Positions 61,043 through 64,000 of a stretch of DNA of 64,000 nucleotides are shown in pieces. The position numbers were made by a program, and so were the translations under genes. Origin of the DNA: Thalia democratica. Taxonomy: Eukaryota. The notes beneath the pieces were generated by a model that saw nothing but the letters and a program-made list of their open reading frames with translations, was not told the DNA's origin and did not search any database. The stretch lies in assembly GCA_965202585.1 (NCBI GenBank), contig OZ241827.1, positions 64,170,001 to 64,234,000 of the forward strand. Reading direction: 5' to 3'. Positions within the stretch are counted from its first letter, which is position 1; each line of letters begins with the position of its first letter.

Positions 61043-64000
61043 CTCTAAATCAATTACAATGCAAGGAATTTTGCACTGTCATTACAAAGTAACCATGAAA
61101 CTTATTTTAATAAAGAAGAGCTTCATTCAGACTATTTTGCTGATTGCTGCACTGAAACTATTGAAACAATTTACTAAATCGTCTCAATATGTCTTGCTAA
61201 ATTTGAAGAGAAGGTTTTCTGTTGCAAAGAAATTGGAGGTTAATTCTAAATTGAAATATTGTGCAGATGTGTTTGGTTTTATTTGAACTGACTGATCGAT
61301 TAAAGAGTTGATGTTAAACTTGCTTATTATGAAATTAAACCAAATTTGTTAAAAACCGTTTCCCTCAAATCATAAATAAGTCAATTAGTATTATACTAAA
61401 TTGTTGATTTATTTTACTGTTAATCTATAAATGTTTGATAAAACTGAAGTTTTTGATTTTTACAGATAATAAACTCTCGTCTCTTTGTTAAGTGTCATTT
61501 GGTTAAAAATGCCCAGATTTTGATGCCTGGGTCTAGCGTAGGATAACAAACTTCCAATAGCAATAAGTATCAAAATTATATTTTAACAAAAGCTTTCTGA
61601 AGAATAAGTTTTATTTTAAACAAAAAAACTAAATTTCATTAAAAAAACAATATTATTGGTTTTAGTTTGTATCCAAAACAAACCCTTATTTTGAAACAAA
61701 ACATATTAATACAGATCGGGTTAATGAGTGTCAGGTTAGTTCGGGTTAGAAATGATCGGGTTGGAAATGATCGGGTTAGAAATGATTAGGTTAAATCAGA
61801 AATGATCAGGTTAGAAATGATCTTGTTAGAAATGATCGGGTTAGAAGTGATCGGGTTAGAAATGATCGGGTTAGAAGTGATCGGGTTAGAACTGATAGCG
61901 AGTTAGAAATGATAGTAAACCACCTGAAGTAGATCTTTTATATATTGTAATGCGAAGCACTAATCTAACTGTGCAAAAATTTGAACAATATCTGAAAAAA
62001 AACTTTCAAGATGCTGTAAATAGAGTTCGTAATTCTAGTATTACAGGTCAGGTAAAAATATGCCTCTCTTTTTCCGCAAAAGAAGTTTGTGACAGTGTAA
62101 GGATAAATTTTGCTAAAATATTTAACTTTTCAGGACAATTAAGAATATCCTAGTTGTTTTTAGAAAATTCGTATTCTTTTTATTTTTAATATTTTCTTTC
62201 TGACCTTATCGAAGCAGTGAACAACTTTTATCCTGTTGTAGATTGTAAAAAGCTACAAACCGAATTAAAGGTTATTTACAATCGACATGAAATACACAAA
62301 GGGGGAATACTAATAACTCTGCTGTACATAAAACTAACAATATTTCGGGTTATTTTTGTGAAACAATAAAAATTCTAGAAGTTCTAACAACTATACCTAT
62401 GTGTTCAACCAAAGCTAAAAGGACAATTTCATCACTAAAAAGAATAAAAACGTATTTACGAAATACAATGGGTCAGTCTAGATTAAACTTCCTAAGTGTT
62501 ATTTCTATTGGTAGAGACTTAATTAAAAACTATAGTGCTTTTAATAAGGAAGTTCTGAGTTTAATTTTAAACAAAAAAATAGAAGGATGCATTTTCATTA
62601 CAAAGGTTAAAAATAAGCATTTAAGTTTTTGTTTAGAACAATCATTGGTTTTTCTTTGTAACTACTTTAGCTTTTGATAAATATGACATGTTTCAGATAA
62701 TTATTTTTTATTTTTAGATGTTACCACTTGTAGCTTGTTTTACAAATTCTCTGCTTTGTCTGACTTAAATTACTTTTTATTTTGTTTTTTATTTTACAAC
62801 TTTTGTAAAATCAATCACTGAACAAAGTTGGTATTTATTTCAAAAGAAAAACAATAGGTAGTAGTCGAATATAAAAAATTCTGAGTAGCATATTTAAATT
62901 AAAAAATCAAACAACAGAAAATGATTTATGTTAAACGTTCAGTTTACACAAAAATTAAGTTTTGAAAAAATCTGTTGAATATAAAAAAAACTACTAGGAT
63001 CTTTAAAATATTTATTGGTTAAACATGTATGCACTTTACGATCTTAAAGCCAAGTGTTTTGAATATTGTACGAGTCTGTCAAAGCAAAATAAAACACACA
63101 TGCTAATATCCAGCGCCTCTTTACGCACAGAAACAGCAATCAGGAAAGTGGAAAAAATCACCTTGAAATCCCACAAAACCCCCATTCCACCCGAAACCTT
63201 TATAGCCAACGGCAAGCTCCAAACCAATACTTTTACAGAAATTGGCGCCCTGTGTTTTAATTGTACGCCTTTAGAAAAAATATTTAGAATCAAATAACAA
63301 TTATAAAAATCTTTGGTAGAAGCATGTATATTTTTTCTTAAGTTAAATATCTGTATATAAACTGCAAGTAAATTACTTGTCGACTAAATTTAGTTAATTT
63401 AACAAATTCAAATGTCAAACTAAGCACATGTAATGCAATGCATTGTAATAGCTCTTGTCGGGTTTTTATCCAATTAGAAAAAGTTTAGTAATAAAAACTG
63501 CTGTTATAGTTTGTATATAGTTACAATAACAGACGACAGTGCGAGTTAAAAAATGTTTTTTTTTTTAAATGATAATCTGTTTTTAAAACATTAAAAGTAG
63601 TTTATTTTATTAAATTTACTAACACTAAATAAATTTACATTTAATAAACACGCTTATAAAAGTAAACTTAAATTTTTAATTGAATAACGTCAGTTTGTTA
63701 ATTTTTTATGAAGATTTTGTTTAATAGTTAATAAAGTTGAGCTCTTAGTTTTCATAATCATTTAAGTTTAGCCTCAATAAATAAATTTATAACTTTAACT
63801 AAAGTTTCATACTTTTTGAAAGTTTAACATTTTTAGCTGAATCTTTATTATTGAAATGTTTATGTTAACACAGCAATTTACCGACTTTTAGGTTTCTAAC
63901 ACATGCATTTAAACTTCTCCTTACCTCGATTGTACAGAGCTTAAATGCGACATTAAAACTATTCAAATGATTTTCTGTCTCTTCCTCGTAGATTTCGCAA

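Larger units (their letters stand above)
58296..61921. mobile_element. Non-autonomous element with inverted 15-bp tandem arrays at both ends; GG...CC termini and degenerate 9-bp TSD (Mutator-like)
   Basis: (AACCCGATCATTTCT)n at 58300-58355 and (AGAAATGATCGGGTT)n at 61715-61915; flanks GCCTGAAAT (58287-58295) and ACCTGAAGT (61922-61930); removal restores hAT frame KLMPEVDL. Confidence 0.7.
57046..62560 (+). pseudogene. Decayed hAT-superfamily transposase (ZMYM/DUF4371-like), split by a 3.6-kb insertion
   Basis: IIDSVLFCGFKEIALRGHNE; IAD*TTDVSVQNQLSIVIR; TYDGASVMRG...YVHCAAHQLNLVL (CxxH); resumes after 61921 as PEVDL; C-terminal dimerisation motif KRTISSLKRIKTYLRNTMGQSRLNFL. Confidence 0.88.

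Overview
Very AT-rich eukaryotic (animal-type) genomic DNA dominated by transposable elements. The repeat landscape looks Hydra/cnidarian-like, but that is an inference. The main feature is a young, nearly intact 13.7-kb env-bearing Ty3/gypsy LTR retroelement (33661-47392). It has 1296-bp near-identical LTRs, a 5-bp AACGC target-site duplication, and is inserted into the GIY-YIG region of a Penelope-like element. It encodes Gag (CHCC-type motif)-PR-RT-RNaseH-IN with one frameshift and one in-frame stop. Unusually, it also encodes a second aspartic protease domain after the integrase, a 607-aa envelope-like glycoprotein resembling class III (herpes gB-like) fusogens, and a small acidic accessory ORF. 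Elsewhere: a ~13-kb diverged palindrome (about 14.9-28.2 kb) with two divergently oriented, truncated Cullin-3-like N-terminal-domain genes; a spliced gene for a stand-alone P2X7 ballast-like Cys-rich domain (8372-11818); four degenerate Penelope-like elements, three with hammerhead-ribozyme-like 3' motifs; a decayed hAT transposase split by nested insertions; a minisatellite foldback hairpin; and several MITE-like repeats. No rRNA, tRNA or CRISPR array is supported. All homology calls come from motif recognition by eye, not database searches.
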